This document shows, piece after piece, positions 17,261 to 28,044 of a DNA stretch of 64,000 nucleotides. Each line of letters opens with the position of its first letter. The first letter of the stretch is position 1. A program made the position numbers and the translations under genes. The notes beneath the pieces are model-generated. The model was not told the DNA's origin and ran no database searches. It saw nothing but the letters and a program-made list of their open reading frames with translations. Origin of the DNA: an uncultured Solirubrobacterales bacterium. Lineage in GTDB: Bacteria > Actinomycetota > Thermoleophilia > Solirubrobacterales > JBBDJG01. The stretch covers positions 707,030 through 771,029 of the forward strand of contig CAWACB010000008.1 in NCBI GenBank assembly GCA_963780475.1. The letters are read 5' to 3'.

Positions 17261-17300
17261 CTGATGAATCTTCCACGCCATGGCGAGGAAGATTCATCAG
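17261..17300. repeat. 40-nt near-perfect palindrome between convergent genes
   Basis: CTGATGAATCTTCCACGCCA|TGGCGAGGAAGATTCATCAG has a single A/A mismatch. About 50% GC against a roughly 70% background. No U tract on either strand. Confidence 0.6.
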
Positions 17301-17412
17301 TCGAGGACGGCCAGCACACCGGGGCGTTGACGATCGTGACCGCGGCGCTACGAAGCGCCGCCACCGACACGCTCCTACAAGCTGGTTTTTCGAGTCACCG
17401 AGCGCGAGCGTG

Positions 17413-18172
17413 CTACTTCGAGCCGGCGCGCCGAGCGCCTCGAGCAGCGCCTCCAGCTCCTCCACCACGTCGCCCTCGAGCTTCACGTCCGCTTCCGAGT
17501 CGTACGGGCGTCGGCCCCTTGGTGACGATCGCGATGCGGCCGCCCTGCGCGCCGCGTGACCGCGGGCAGGCCGGCCACCGGGTAGACCTCGAGCGACGAG
17601 CCGACGCACAGCAGGAGGTCTGCGCCGGCGGCCAGCTCGTAGGCCTCCTCCATCGCCGCCTCCGGCAGCATCTCGCCGAACAGCACGACGTCCGGCTTGA
17701 TCGGGCCCTGACATCCGGAGCAGCGCGCGACGCCGTCGTCGGCGAACATCCGCTCGACCACATCCTCGAGCGGGAAGGCGGCGCCGCAGTCGAAGCAGGA
17801 GCCGGTCGCGATCGAGCCGTGCACCTCCACCACACGGCTGGACCCGGCGCGCCCGTGCAGGCGGTCGATGTTCTGCGTGATCACGCCGTCGAGCATGCCG
17901 CGCCGCTCGAGCTCCGCGAGCGCGCCGTGCGCGGCGTTGGGCTGCTTGTCGGTCAGCATCCCGAAGCGCGGCCGGTAGAAGGACCAGAAGTGCGCCGGGT
18001 CACGGCGGAACGCGTCGATGTGCGCGACCTCCATCGGGTCGACGTTCTCCCACAAGCCCGTGCCGGGCGAGCGGAAGTCCGGGATGCCGCTCGGCACCGA
18101 GATGCCGGCGCCGGTCAGCGCGACGGCGCTGCGCGCGCCGCGGACCAGCTCCGCGAGCTGTTCGGTGGTGGT
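17413..18172 (-). pseudogene. cobB: Sir2-family NAD-dependent protein deacylase (start codon unresolved; 3' end needs frame changes)
   Basis: ALTGAGISVPSGIPDFRS, VITQNIDRLH and a Zn ribbon (CFDCG...CSGC) in ORF 17483..18985. There is no ATG/GTG/TTG between the upstream stop (18175) and the Rossmann motif. The C-terminus (GGRIAIVTKGPTPYDSEADVKLEGDVVEELEALLEAL) is spread over two further frames. Confidence 0.7.
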
Positions 18173-18174
18173 CG

Positions 18175-19286
18175 CTACTTGCCCTGGAAGCGCGCCGTGC
18201 GCTTCTGGATGAAGGCCGAGATGCCTTCCTTCGCGTCCTCGGACCCGAACGCCGTGCCGAAGCCCTGCTTCTCGGCCGTGATGCCCTCGTCGAGATCGCC
18301 CTTGTGCGAGACCTTCTTGATCTGCTCGACGGCGATCGGCGCCTGCGAGGCCAGCTTGCGGGCCCACAGCAGCGCCGTCTCGAGCAGCTCGTGGTCGGGC
18401 ACGACCTGGTGCACCAAGCCGTAGCGGTAGGCCTCGGCCGAGGAGATCGCGTCGCCCGTCAGGTTCATCTCGAGCGCCTTGCCCTCCCCCACCAGCCGCG
18501 GTAGCCGCTGCGTGCCGCCGAACCCGGGGATGATCCCGAGGTTGATCTCGGGCTGTCCGAAGGTCGCCGACTCGGCCGCCAGGCGGAAGTCGCACGCCAT
18601 CGACAGCTCGCAGCCGCCGCCGAAGGCGATGCTGTTCACGGCGGCGATCGTCGTCGTGGCCGAGGTCTCCATCTCGCGCAGCATCGCGTGGCCCGGAGTC
18701 GAGCAGGCCCGCGCCGCTGGAGGCGTCCATCTTGGTGAACTCCTTGATGTCGGCGCCCGCGGAGAACGTGAAGATGTTCGACGAGGCGATCACGACCGAG
18801 CGGATCTCCGAGCTGTCGTTGCAGTGGCGCCACAGCTCCCCGAACTCGCTGATCACCTGCGGGCTGAGCGGGTTCGCCGGCGGCCGGTTGAGCCAGATGA
18901 TCGCGACCTGCACCGCGTGTCTCGAGCAGCACGGTCTCCTTCTGGTCGAAGTCGTCGTCCGGCTGCGGGTAGGGGAAGAAGCCATACCCGGTCTTCCGGC
19001 CCAGCCGGCCCTGCGCGACCAGGCGGCGCAGGATCAGGGGCGCGGCAAAGTTCTCGCCCCACTCCCGCTCCGCGCGCTCGAACCCGGCCAGCATCTCGTC
19101 CAGGCCGCCCTCGTCGGCGCGGGTGAAGGGGCCGGGCAGGATGCCGGCGCCGGTCATCATCCCGAGCTCTATGTCCTTGAGGCTCGCGACGCCCTCCTCG
19201 AGGACGAGGCACGCCTCGCGGAAGGCCTTCAGCGTGAAGCGCTCGACGACCCCGGTGCCCTGCGCCTGTGCGGTTGCGCTTTCCAT
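18175..19286 (-). pseudogene. 3-hydroxyacyl-CoA dehydrogenase C-terminal-type domain + enoyl-CoA hydratase (crotonase) domain; at least 2 frame changes
   Basis: MESATAQAQGTGVVERFTLKAFREACLVLEEGVASLKDIELGMMTGAG... (HAD C-domain), then VQVAIIWLNRPPANPLSPQVISEF...FSAGADIKEF, then IAAVNSIAFGGGCELSMACDFRLA...FQGK (crotonase fold). Confidence 0.7.
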
Positions 19287-19290
19287 CGAA

Positions 19291-20170
19291 CTAGTTACCC
19301 CCGTGGTCGTAGAAGCCCTTGCCTGTCTTGGTGCCGAGGTTGCCGGCGCCGACCAGCTCCTTCATCTCCGGCGAGACGTAGAAGCGGTCGCCGTATGACT
19401 CGTGCAGGTACTCGGCCACATGCAGCACGGTGTCGAGACCGAGCAGGTCGCTGAGGAAGAATGGCCCCATCGGCGCTGCCTTGGCGTCGGTCACCTCCTT
19501 GTCGATCTCCTGCACGGACAGCCCCGACTCGTCCTTGTAGCGCCAGATCTCGCTGACGCCGGCGTTCAGGATCCGGTTGACGACGAAGCCGGGCGCCTCG
19601 CTGCAGCGTGATCGGCATCTTCCGGATCTGCTGGGCGAAGTTGACCGCCGACTGGAGCGTCTCCTCAGAGGTCTCGTCGCCCTCGACGATCTCGATCAGC
19701 CGCATCACGGAGGCGGGATAGAAGTAGTGGAAGCCGACCACCTTCTCGGGCCGCAGGGTGGCCATGCCCATCTCTGTGATCGACAGCGAGGACGTGTTGC
19801 TGGCGAGGATCGCGTGTCCGGGCGTGCACGCATCCAGCTCGGCGAACACGGCCTGCTTGATCGCCATCCGCTCGGGGACCGCCTCGATCACGAAGTCCAC
19901 GTCGCCGAACCCGTCGTACTCCGTGGTGCCGGTGATCCGGCTCATGGTCTCCTCGAGCTTGGCCTCGGCCTGCTCTGCGGTCAGCTTCTCCTTCTTGACC
20001 AGGCCCTGGAGCTGGCCGTTCGTGACCTCGCGGGCCTTGGCGAGGCCCTGGTCGACGAACTTCTGGTCGACGTCCTTCAGCACCACCGGCAGGTCCGCAG
20101 CGGCAAGCGTCTGGGCGATCTCGCCGCCCATCGTGCCGGCGCCCACGACCGCGCCCTTGAAAACGAACAT
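19291..20170 (-). pseudogene. 3-hydroxyacyl-CoA dehydrogenase (NAD-binding + C-terminal domain); 1 frame change near 19600
   Basis: MFVFKGAVVGAGTMGGEIA Rossmann motif, ASNTSSLSITEM and GFHYFYPASVMRLIEIV. The sequence continues in the frame of ORF 19291..19515 (FLSDLLGLDTVLHVAEYL...GKGFYDHGGN). Confidence 0.75.
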
Positions 20171-20275
20171 CTCTCGCCACACCTCCGGTCGCCCGGGACG
20201 GGGACCGCCCCCGCACCGGCCCGCAAGCCTACCCCTTTCCCCTCTAGGGACTGCATGCTTGGTCCCGGACCGGTA

Positions 20276-20287
20276 ATTAGCGCTAAT
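20276..20287. promoter_or_regulatory. 12-bp perfect palindrome ATTAGCGCTAAT, candidate operator
   Basis: AT-rich perfect palindrome about 45 nt upstream of the padR-like start, in the divergent region shared with the beta-oxidation genes. Confidence 0.3.
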
Positions 20288-20331
20288 AGCGGCCCTAGAA
20301 TCAGCCTTGTGGGCATGTCGTGGAGAGACCG

Positions 20332-20845
20332 ATGAGCGCCAGCCGGGAGGAGAAGCCCGCGCGAGGCAAGGCCGCCGAGGCCGCCCGCAAGGCGGCCGCC
20401 GAAGCGCATCGGGCGGCCGAGGAGAGCGGCTTCGCGCCGGCCGGCCGCCCGTCCGACGTGTTCGGCGCGGACCTCCCCTACCGCGCGCAGGGCGGCGCGC
20501 TGCGGCGGCGGGACATCTTCACGCTGCTGGTGCTGCACCTGATCGGCGGCTCGGAAGGTGGGGACGCCTACTACGGGAACCGGCTGATCGACCGCATCGA
20601 GGAGATCACCGGCGGCTCGCGTGAGCCTCAACCCGAACACGATGTATCCGCTGCTCCGCGATCTCGAGGCGGACGGGCTGGTGGCCGGCCGCTGGGAGCA
20701 CCCCGAGAAGCGCAGCCGCCGCCTCTACACGATCACCCCGGCGGGGCAGGCTGAATACGAGCGGCTCAAGAGCGGCATCGAGCCCTTCCTCGACTCGATC
20801 ATCGAGTCGATCACGCTGATCAAGCGCGAGATCTACGGGCGCTGA
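20332..20845 (+). pseudogene. PadR-family transcriptional regulator (1 frame change near 20620)
   Basis: DIFTLLVLHLIGGSEGGDAYYGNRLIDRIEEITGG in ORF 20320..20754 continues as LNPNTMYPLLRDLEADGLVAGRWEHPEKRSRRLYTITPAGQAEYERL in ORF 20621..20845. Confidence 0.7.
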
Positions 20846-20853
20846 GCCCGCTC

Positions 20854-22031
<1,178 letters not shown>

Positions 22032-22179
22032 TGAACAGGACTCCTTTGAGAGGGTCGGACGGGTGGGGCGGCACGACGTGATCCGCAGGCCCGACTGATT
22101 GGTCGGTCAAAGGGTACCGCAGAGGCCCCCGGAGGGCCAGCCGAATCGCCCCTCGAATGCCTGCGAGACTAGGCCCTGC

Positions 22180-22632
22180 GTGGAATTCTGGACCCTGATC
22201 TGGATCATCATGCTGATCGTGGCGCCGCTCGCGACGGCCCTGTTCGCGGGCTCCTGGGGGCTGATCGACGAGATCGGGAAGGGCGGCCTGACGCTCGACG
22301 GACCCGCTGCCTCCCCCGCCCGCCCCGAGCCGGCCCATGACGGCGATGGCGAAGGCCGAGCAGAAGGCGGAGATCCGCCAGATGGTCCAGGCGCGCCACG
22401 ACCGCCAGGTCGCGCGCGGCGAGACGCCGGTCGACGTGGACGTGGAGGTGGACCGGCTGCTCGCGCAGGGCGCCGAGATGGAGCCCGACCCGCCTCCGAG
22501 CACGACGACCTGCTGCGCGAGGAGGTCCGCCAGCTGGTGGTCGCCCGCAACGAGCGCCGCATAGCGCGCGGCGAACCACCGCTCGAGGTCGAGATCGAGG
22601 TGGACCGCCAGCTACGGGACCTGAGCACCTGA
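22180..22632 (+). pseudogene. small membrane protein with an internal duplicated motif (frame changes)
   Basis: GTG 22180: VEFWTLIWIIMLIVAPLATALFAGSWGLI (TM helix). Then two copies of an E(I/V)RQ(M/L)V.AR..R..ARGE.P..V..EVDR.L motif, each in a different frame. Confidence 0.4.
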
Positions 22633-22683
22633 TGCACCCTCCGCGCGCCGGTTGTAGCGGCCGCTTTCGGGTATAAAGCCGCG

Positions 22684-23000
22684 ATGGCCAACGGACAGCC
22701 ACTGGACGAGATCGTCACCCGCCCAGGGGTGTACTTCAACCCCCAGACCGAGGTCCTGATCGTCGTCGACGACTCCGCCGAGCTGGACGGCGAGATCTTC
22801 AACATGGAGGAGTTCGAGGGCTCGGACTGGGTCACGATCTCCGACGAGGTGCCGCTCGACGAGCACCGTCGCGACGAGCTATCGGAGTCTTTCAGACCCA
22901 CTACTCGCCCGGCAGCGCCGCGAGCGTCACCGAGACAGCCGAAGAGCTCGAGGACGCAAACGACGACGACGAGGGCGACCAGGAGGTCGGGCGGGAGTAG
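22684..23000 (+). pseudogene. small acidic hypothetical protein (1 frame change near 22890)
   Basis: MANGQPLDEIVTRPGVYFNPQTEVLIVVDDSAELDGEIFNMEEFEGSDWVTISDEVPLDEH... continues in another frame as QTHYSPGSAASVTETAEELEDANDDDEGDQEVGRE-TAG (22998-23000). Confidence 0.4.
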
Positions 23001-23037
23001 CGCCCGCTGTGGGCGGGCCCGGGCGCTAGCGGGCGCG

Positions 23038-24178
23038 TTAGGCGAACCCGAACGTCAGCGCGACGATCAGGTACGCGGCCAGCAGCTGCAGACCCTCGAA
23101 CCAGTTCGACTCACCCTCGACGGTCACCCGGTTGGCGATGATCACCGCCAGCAGGACCGCCGCCAGCTCGAAGCCGTTGAACACGAGTGGCATGGGGTTC
23201 GGGGCCGAAGACGAACGAGGCCAGCACGAGCACGGGCGCCACGAACAGCGCGATCTGGGCGCTCGAGCCGATCGCGATGTTGACCGCCAGGTCCATCTTG
23301 TTCTTGGCCGCCACCAGCACGGCCACCCAGTGCTCCGCCGCGTTGCCGACGATGGCGACGACGATCGCGCCGATGAAGAACTCGGACAGGCCGATGCCCT
23401 CAGCTGCCTCGGAAATCGAGCCGACGAGCACCTCGCTCATGACGCCGACCAGGATCCCCGCAACCGCGAGGGCGATGACACCCTTACGAACGCTCCACGG
23501 CTCGCCGCCATGCAACTCCTCCTCGACCTCGTGCGCCGGGTTGAAGAGGCTGCGGTGGGTCTTCAGCGAGAAGATCAGCCCCGCGACGTAGGAGCCGATC
23601 AGGACCAGGGCGACGGCGAAGCTCAGGCGCTCGACGTCGGACCCGAAGTCGACCCGCTCGTCGTCCACGCTCGGGAGCCCACCGCCGGCCACGAGCTGGA
23701 ACACCGCCGGCATGACGAGCGCGATCATCGCCAGCAGCAGCATCGCCGACTGGGCTCCCGCCGCCGTGCGGTCGAACGTCTGGCGGTCGCGGCGCAGCCC
23801 GCCGACGAACATCGCGGCACCCATCACCAGCAGGATGTTCCCGATGATCGAGCCGATGATCGAGGCCTTCACGACCTCCTGCAGGCCCTCGAGCAGCGCG
23901 AAGAACGCGATCACCAGCTCGGGAAAGTTCCCGAAGGTCACGTTCAGGAGGCCGCCGATGCCGGGACCCGAGCGGGCCGCCAGCTCCTCGGTCGCGCGCC
24001 CCATCAGCGCCGCAGTCGGGATGATGCCGAGTGCCGCGGTGATGAAGATCACCGTCGCGGCGGCGTGCGCGAACTCGAGCGCGATCGCCACCGGGATCAG
24101 CGGCGTCAGCAGGTAGGGAAATCCCTCGGCCGTGAGCAGCCAGCGGGCCAGGGAGCGCCGTTCAGGGGAAGCGGCCAA
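23038..24178 (-). pseudogene. Ca2+/H+ antiporter (CaCA/ChaA family); 1 frame change near the 3' end
   Basis: Both alpha-repeat motifs are present (GNFPELVIA and GNAAEHWVA) with multiple TM helices. The last ~50 aa (PMPLVFNGFELAAVLLAVIIANRVTVEGESNWFEGLQLLAAYLIVALTFGFA-TAA) lie in another frame. Confidence 0.75.
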
Positions 24179-24222
24179 GGGCGGCAGTCTGCCGCATCTG
24201 GCCGATGACAGGCGTCGCTAGC

Positions 24223-25335
24223 TCAGGGAAGCAGCGGCTGGCACTTCATCAGTGCCGGCACGTCGAGCGCTTTCTGCACGCAGGCCACGTAGGCCTGGTT
24301 CGATGCCTGGCGGCTCTGCTCGGCCTGGCGGGCCGGACGCGTCGAGCCGCCGCCCTGCGACTTGGGCGTGCTCTTCGGCTTGACGGGGGATCCGCTGCCG
24401 AGCGTCCCCAGGCCCTCCAAGCCGAGATCGCTCTGGTCGAGGCGTGAGAACGGCACGGCCTTGCGCGGGGCGACGATCTCCTGGGCCTCGTCCACCTCGC
24501 TCACCTGCAGGTCGAAGCGGACGTCACCCGTGACGTTCTTGCCCTGCGGCCCGGGCGCCTCGAAGGCGGCGGTCGCGGTCACCCGGCGCAGCGTGCCGTC
24601 CTGCTTGCTCGCGTACACCTCGAACTTCGCGTCCTTGACCGCCTCGCGGATCGAGTCCGTTGCTTCCGCCGGGATCTGATCGATCTGCCCGGCCTGACCG
24701 CTGCGGTCGGCGGCCCGCATCAGGTCGGCCATCATCAGTTGCACGTCGAGGCCGGCAGCAACGCGCGTGACCGGCTCGCCACCGACTTGATCGTCACCGA
24801 CCACTCGCGGGGTGCGCAGCCAGGTCCGCGGATCCACGCCGAGCGCCTTCAGGGCGGAAGCATCGTTCTTCCCGCCCTCACCGGCTGAGATCTGGCGCAG
24901 CTGAGAAGCCGGCAGCCGGTACGAGCGGCCGTCCAGGTCCATGTAGGCCTGCCGGCCCGTCGACACGAGCCGCACCGAGTGCTGCTCGCGGCCGCCCTTG
25001 ATGTTGACGCCGATGTCGAAGCTCGGTGCCCGCCCCGGGCGCGGCTCGTTCACGAAGCCGTTGAGCGTCATCTCGAACGGGCGCGAGAGACCGACCGCGG
25101 CGGCTTCCGGCCCGGCAATGTTGACGGTCAGGCTGCCGTTGATCTTGGCGCTGTCCCGGTCGGCCGGCGCAGCGGTGAATGCCTTCTCGAGCACCTGCTG
25201 GGCGTTCTGCTCCCCATCGTCGGAAGAGCCGCCGAGAGCGCCTGACACGACGAACAGGCCCGCGACGGCGAGCACTGCGGCGAGGGCGATCAGAAGGTAG
25301 CGCTGGATGTCGCCCGGCAGGGACATCTCACCCAC
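24223..25335 (-). CDS. secreted/membrane-anchored hypothetical protein, paralogue of 25379..26545
   Basis: Intact ORF with an N-terminal TM/signal helix. Same domain order as the neighbour and a shared C-terminal Y(V/L)xC...C motif (YVACVQKALDVPALMKC). Confidence 0.6.
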   Translation of the reverse strand: MGEMSLPGDIQRYLLIALAAVLAVAGLFVVSGALGGSSDDGEQNAQQVLEKAFTAAPADRDSAKINGSLTVNIAGPEAAAVGLSRPFEMTLNGFVNEPRPGRAPSFDIGVNIKGGREQHSVRLVSTGRQAYMDLDGRSYRLPASQLRQISAGEGGKNDASALKALGVDPRTWLRTPRVVGDDQVGGEPVTRVAAGLDVQLMMADLMRAADRSGQAGQIDQIPAEATDSIREAVKDAKFEVYASKQDGTLRRVTATAAFEAPGPQGKNVTGDVRFDLQVSEVDEAQEIVAPRKAVPFSRLDQSDLGLEGLGTLGSGSPVKPKSTPKSQGGGSTRPARQAEQSRQASNQAYVACVQKALDVPALMKCQPLLP

Positions 25336-25378
25336 CAGTCGGCGCGGTCCGCCCCGAGCTTTAGCTACGCAGCCGGAA

Positions 25379-26545
25379 TTACTTCAGCGCGTCGCCGCAG
25401 ACCTTCAGGTCGTCCGCGGTCTTCGCGCCCTGCGCGCACTCGAGGTACTCCTGGGCGCGCTTCGAGTCGGCCTTACCGGCCTTGCCCGAGAGCTCCTTCA
25501 GCCGCTCGAGCTGTTCATTCCCCGTCGTCGGGGACGAGCTTCCACTTGAGCCGCTCGAGCCGCCCGAGGACCCGGAGGAGCCACCGAGCGAGTTGCCGAG
25601 GCCCAGCACCCCGAGCTGCTCCTGGAGCTCGGTCAGCGAGCGCGCGTTCTTGGGCGCCTCGATCTCCTGGTCCTCGTTCACGTCGGCGACACCGAGCGTG
25701 AGGTCGATCTTGCCGCTCTCGATGTCCTGCGCCTCGGTCCCGAGCCCCTTCGGCTGCTTGAACTCGAGGTGGACCTTGAGCTGGCGCAGGATCTTGTCGT
25801 CCTTGCCGGTCCACACCTCGATGTGGGCCTCCTCGATCGACTTGGCGAGCTGCTGGCGCGTCTTGCGGTCGAGCCGCTTGGGCAGCTGGCGCTGCTGCGA
25901 CTGGCTCAGCCCGAGCTGGTTGGTGCGCTGCAGCAGACCGTCGAGGTCGGTCAGCAGCGCGTCGAGGTTCACGTCGCTCGAGATGTGGGTCGTCTCGGCG
26001 CCGTTCAGGTCCTCGGTGCCCTCCACCTTGGGGTTCTTCAGCCACTTCTGGGCGTCGATGCCGAGGGCGGCGAGGTCCGGGCTCGTGTTCTTGGCCTCTT
26101 TGCGCTGCTCGCGCTCGAAGTTGCGCTTGAACTCGCGGAAGGTCTTCTCGGGAACCTTGTAGTAGGTGCCCTGATAGCTGATGAAGCCCTCGTCGCCGGT
26201 CGAAACCACGCCGGCGGTGAAATTCTGGGCCCCGGAGCCGGCGGTCAGGTCGAGGTTCATGGCCGGCAGCGCATCGTCGCCGAGCGTCTGGAACGGGCCC
26301 GTCACCTTCACCGAAACGGGTTCGCCCACCTGCGCCTGGGCGGAGGCGCTCTTCGCCTTCAGCTCGGCCCGGAAGCTGAGGTTCAGCTTGCCGCTGTCGA
26401 CGGACTTCTTGCCGCTGAAGGTCTGCTTCAGCGTTTCGTTCGCGTTGGCCTTTTCGTCGTCGCCGCAGGCGGAGATCAGTAGCGCGGCTCCCAATACAGC
26501 GAGCAGCAGCGCGATTGGCGCGAAGCGTCGGATGGTCTGAGGCAC
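25379..26545 (-). CDS. lipoprotein, paralogue of 24223..25335
   Basis: Intact ORF with lipobox LLISAC, a Gly/Ser-rich linker (GGSSGSSGGSSGSSGSS) and a C-terminal YLECAQGAKTADDLKVC motif. Confidence 0.65.
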   Translation of the reverse strand: MPQTIRRFAPIALLLAVLGAALLISACGDDEKANANETLKQTFSGKKSVDSGKLNLSFRAELKAKSASAQAQVGEPVSVKVTGPFQTLGDDALPAMNLDLTAGSGAQNFTAGVVSTGDEGFISYQGTYYKVPEKTFREFKRNFEREQRKEAKNTSPDLAALGIDAQKWLKNPKVEGTEDLNGAETTHISSDVNLDALLTDLDGLLQRTNQLGLSQSQQRQLPKRLDRKTRQQLAKSIEEAHIEVWTGKDDKILRQLKVHLEFKQPKGLGTEAQDIESGKIDLTLGVADVNEDQEIEAPKNARSLTELQEQLGVLGLGNSLGGSSGSSGGSSGSSGSSSPTTGNEQLERLKELSGKAGKADSKRAQEYLECAQGAKTADDLKVCGDALK

Positions 26546-26627
26546 GGAGCTGAGAATTGTGTTGCGAGGCCGCGCAACCAGCGCGAGCGGGTAGAACGAA
26601 AGTCAACATACAGCAGGAATTAGACCG

Positions 26628-28019
26628 ATGCTCCACCTCCCCAGAGCCCTGTGGGCTGCCGCTGCCCTCTCACTTACCGCGCTGCTGTGCACCGCGGCGG
26701 TCGCGGCCGCCCCGCCGGCGCAGTCCAAGAAGCGCGCCGACCCCGTGCGCAGCACGATCCTCAAGGTCGCGCGCAACGGCGGCATCGACGAGCAGGAGAG
26801 CGCCGGCTACCTGCGCTCGTGGAGCCGCGGCCTGGCCGCCTACAGCCACCTGTCAGGCCAGCGGCGCGCGGAGCTCGGCTACGTGATCGGCGTGGTTCGG
26901 CGGCTGGCCAAGGCCAACAAGCTCGGTGCCCGGCTGAAGGTCGTCTTCCTGATCCTCGACCGCAACCGCGAGTGGTGGTCGAAGTCGGGACCACCAGGGT
27001 CGGGAGCCCGACTGCGATTCGGCGGCAGCCGCGTGATCTTCCAGTACTTCCCCGGCAAGGGCCTCCAGTTCCACCCGCTCGCCAACTTCGGCCAGGCCAA
27101 CGGGTACTGGTACGGGCGCAAGAACAGCGACCTGCGCTCCCTGCTCGACGACCTCGTATCGCTGTCGGTCGAGCGGTCTGGCTTCGTGACGTGGGAGTAC
27201 TACTTCGACTACGGCGGCTCGCCGCCGTGGATCTCCGGCATGGCCCAGGGCACCGCGCTGCAGGCGCTCGCACGCGGCGCGCAGCGGCTCAACGACCCCG
27301 TCTACCTGGAGGTCGCAAAGCGCGCCCTGGGCGCCTTCCAGCGCGGGACACCGACCGGCGTGCGCTCGGTCCAGGGTCAGGACGACTGGTTCCCGCTGTA
27401 CAGCTTCGCGCCCAAGCTGAACGTGCTGAACGGGATGCTCCAGGCCGTCAACGGTATCCGCACCTACGCGGAGATCGCCACCGACTCGACCGCGCAGCAG
27501 CTGTTCGAGGCCGGCGATCGCACCGCCCGCCGCAACATCTCGAGCTATGACACCGGCGCCTGGTCGCTCTACAGCCGGCCGGGCGGCAAGCCGGGCGCCG
27601 AGGCGAACCTCAACTACCACACGCTCAACCGCGACTTCGCGCGCAACCTCTGCCGGGCGACCAACGCCGAGTCCTACTGCAAGGCCTCGGAGAACTTCAC
27701 GGCGTACCTGAAGGAGGACCCCAAGCTCGAGCCGGCGGGCGCGGTCCCGTCACCGGCCCGGGCCGGCAAGGGAGTGCGGTTCCGCTTCAAGCTGTCCAAG
27801 ATCTCGCGCGTGAACATCACCGTGCGGTCCGAGTCGGGACGCACCTACCTCGGGACCGGTGCCACGTATTCGCGGGGCGATCGCTACTTCCGCTGGGTGC
27901 CGCCGAAGGCGAAAAAGGAGCGCACCTACACCTTCAAGCTGTTCGCGCGCGACCTCGCCGGGAACACGAACACGACGACAGGCGACGTGCGCGTGCTCCC
28001 CTCCAAGCGGTCCAGGTAG
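26628..28019 (+). CDS. secreted D-glucuronyl C5-epimerase C-terminal-domain-like protein with a C-terminal Ig-like domain
   Basis: Intact 463-aa ORF with a signal peptide. WEYYFDYGGSPPWISGMAQGTALQALARG resembles the conserved (W/Y)xSxMAQG block of the C5-epimerase C-terminal family. C-terminal beta-rich part (RFRFKLSKISRVNITVRS..YTFKLFARDLAGN). Confidence 0.55.
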   Translation: MLHLPRALWAAAALSLTALLCTAAVAAAPPAQSKKRADPVRSTILKVARNGGIDEQESAGYLRSWSRGLAAYSHLSGQRRAELGYVIGVVRRLAKANKLGARLKVVFLILDRNREWWSKSGPPGSGARLRFGGSRVIFQYFPGKGLQFHPLANFGQANGYWYGRKNSDLRSLLDDLVSLSVERSGFVTWEYYFDYGGSPPWISGMAQGTALQALARGAQRLNDPVYLEVAKRALGAFQRGTPTGVRSVQGQDDWFPLYSFAPKLNVLNGMLQAVNGIRTYAEIATDSTAQQLFEAGDRTARRNISSYDTGAWSLYSRPGGKPGAEANLNYHTLNRDFARNLCRATNAESYCKASENFTAYLKEDPKLEPAGAVPSPARAGKGVRFRFKLSKISRVNITVRSESGRTYLGTGATYSRGDRYFRWVPPKAKKERTYTFKLFARDLAGNTNTTTGDVRVLPSKRSR

Positions 28020-28044
28020 CGCCGCGCCGCGTAGAATCGCGCCG

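Noticed and set aside
16271-18424. 717-aa plus-strand ORF
   Set aside because: Only the first 80 or so codons look like real protein. The remainder is Arg/Pro/Gly run-on that crosses the palindrome and the convergent Sir2 and hydratase genes.
17483-18985. 500-aa ORF that looks like an enoyl-CoA hydratase-Sir2 fusion
   Set aside because: Only the Sir2 part and a short stretch (VQVAIIWLNRPP...ADIKEF) are genuine in this frame. Most of the hydratase region is read out of frame, so the ORF is a coincidence of absent stops. A true fusion remains possible only after sequence correction; see the finding for 17413-20170.
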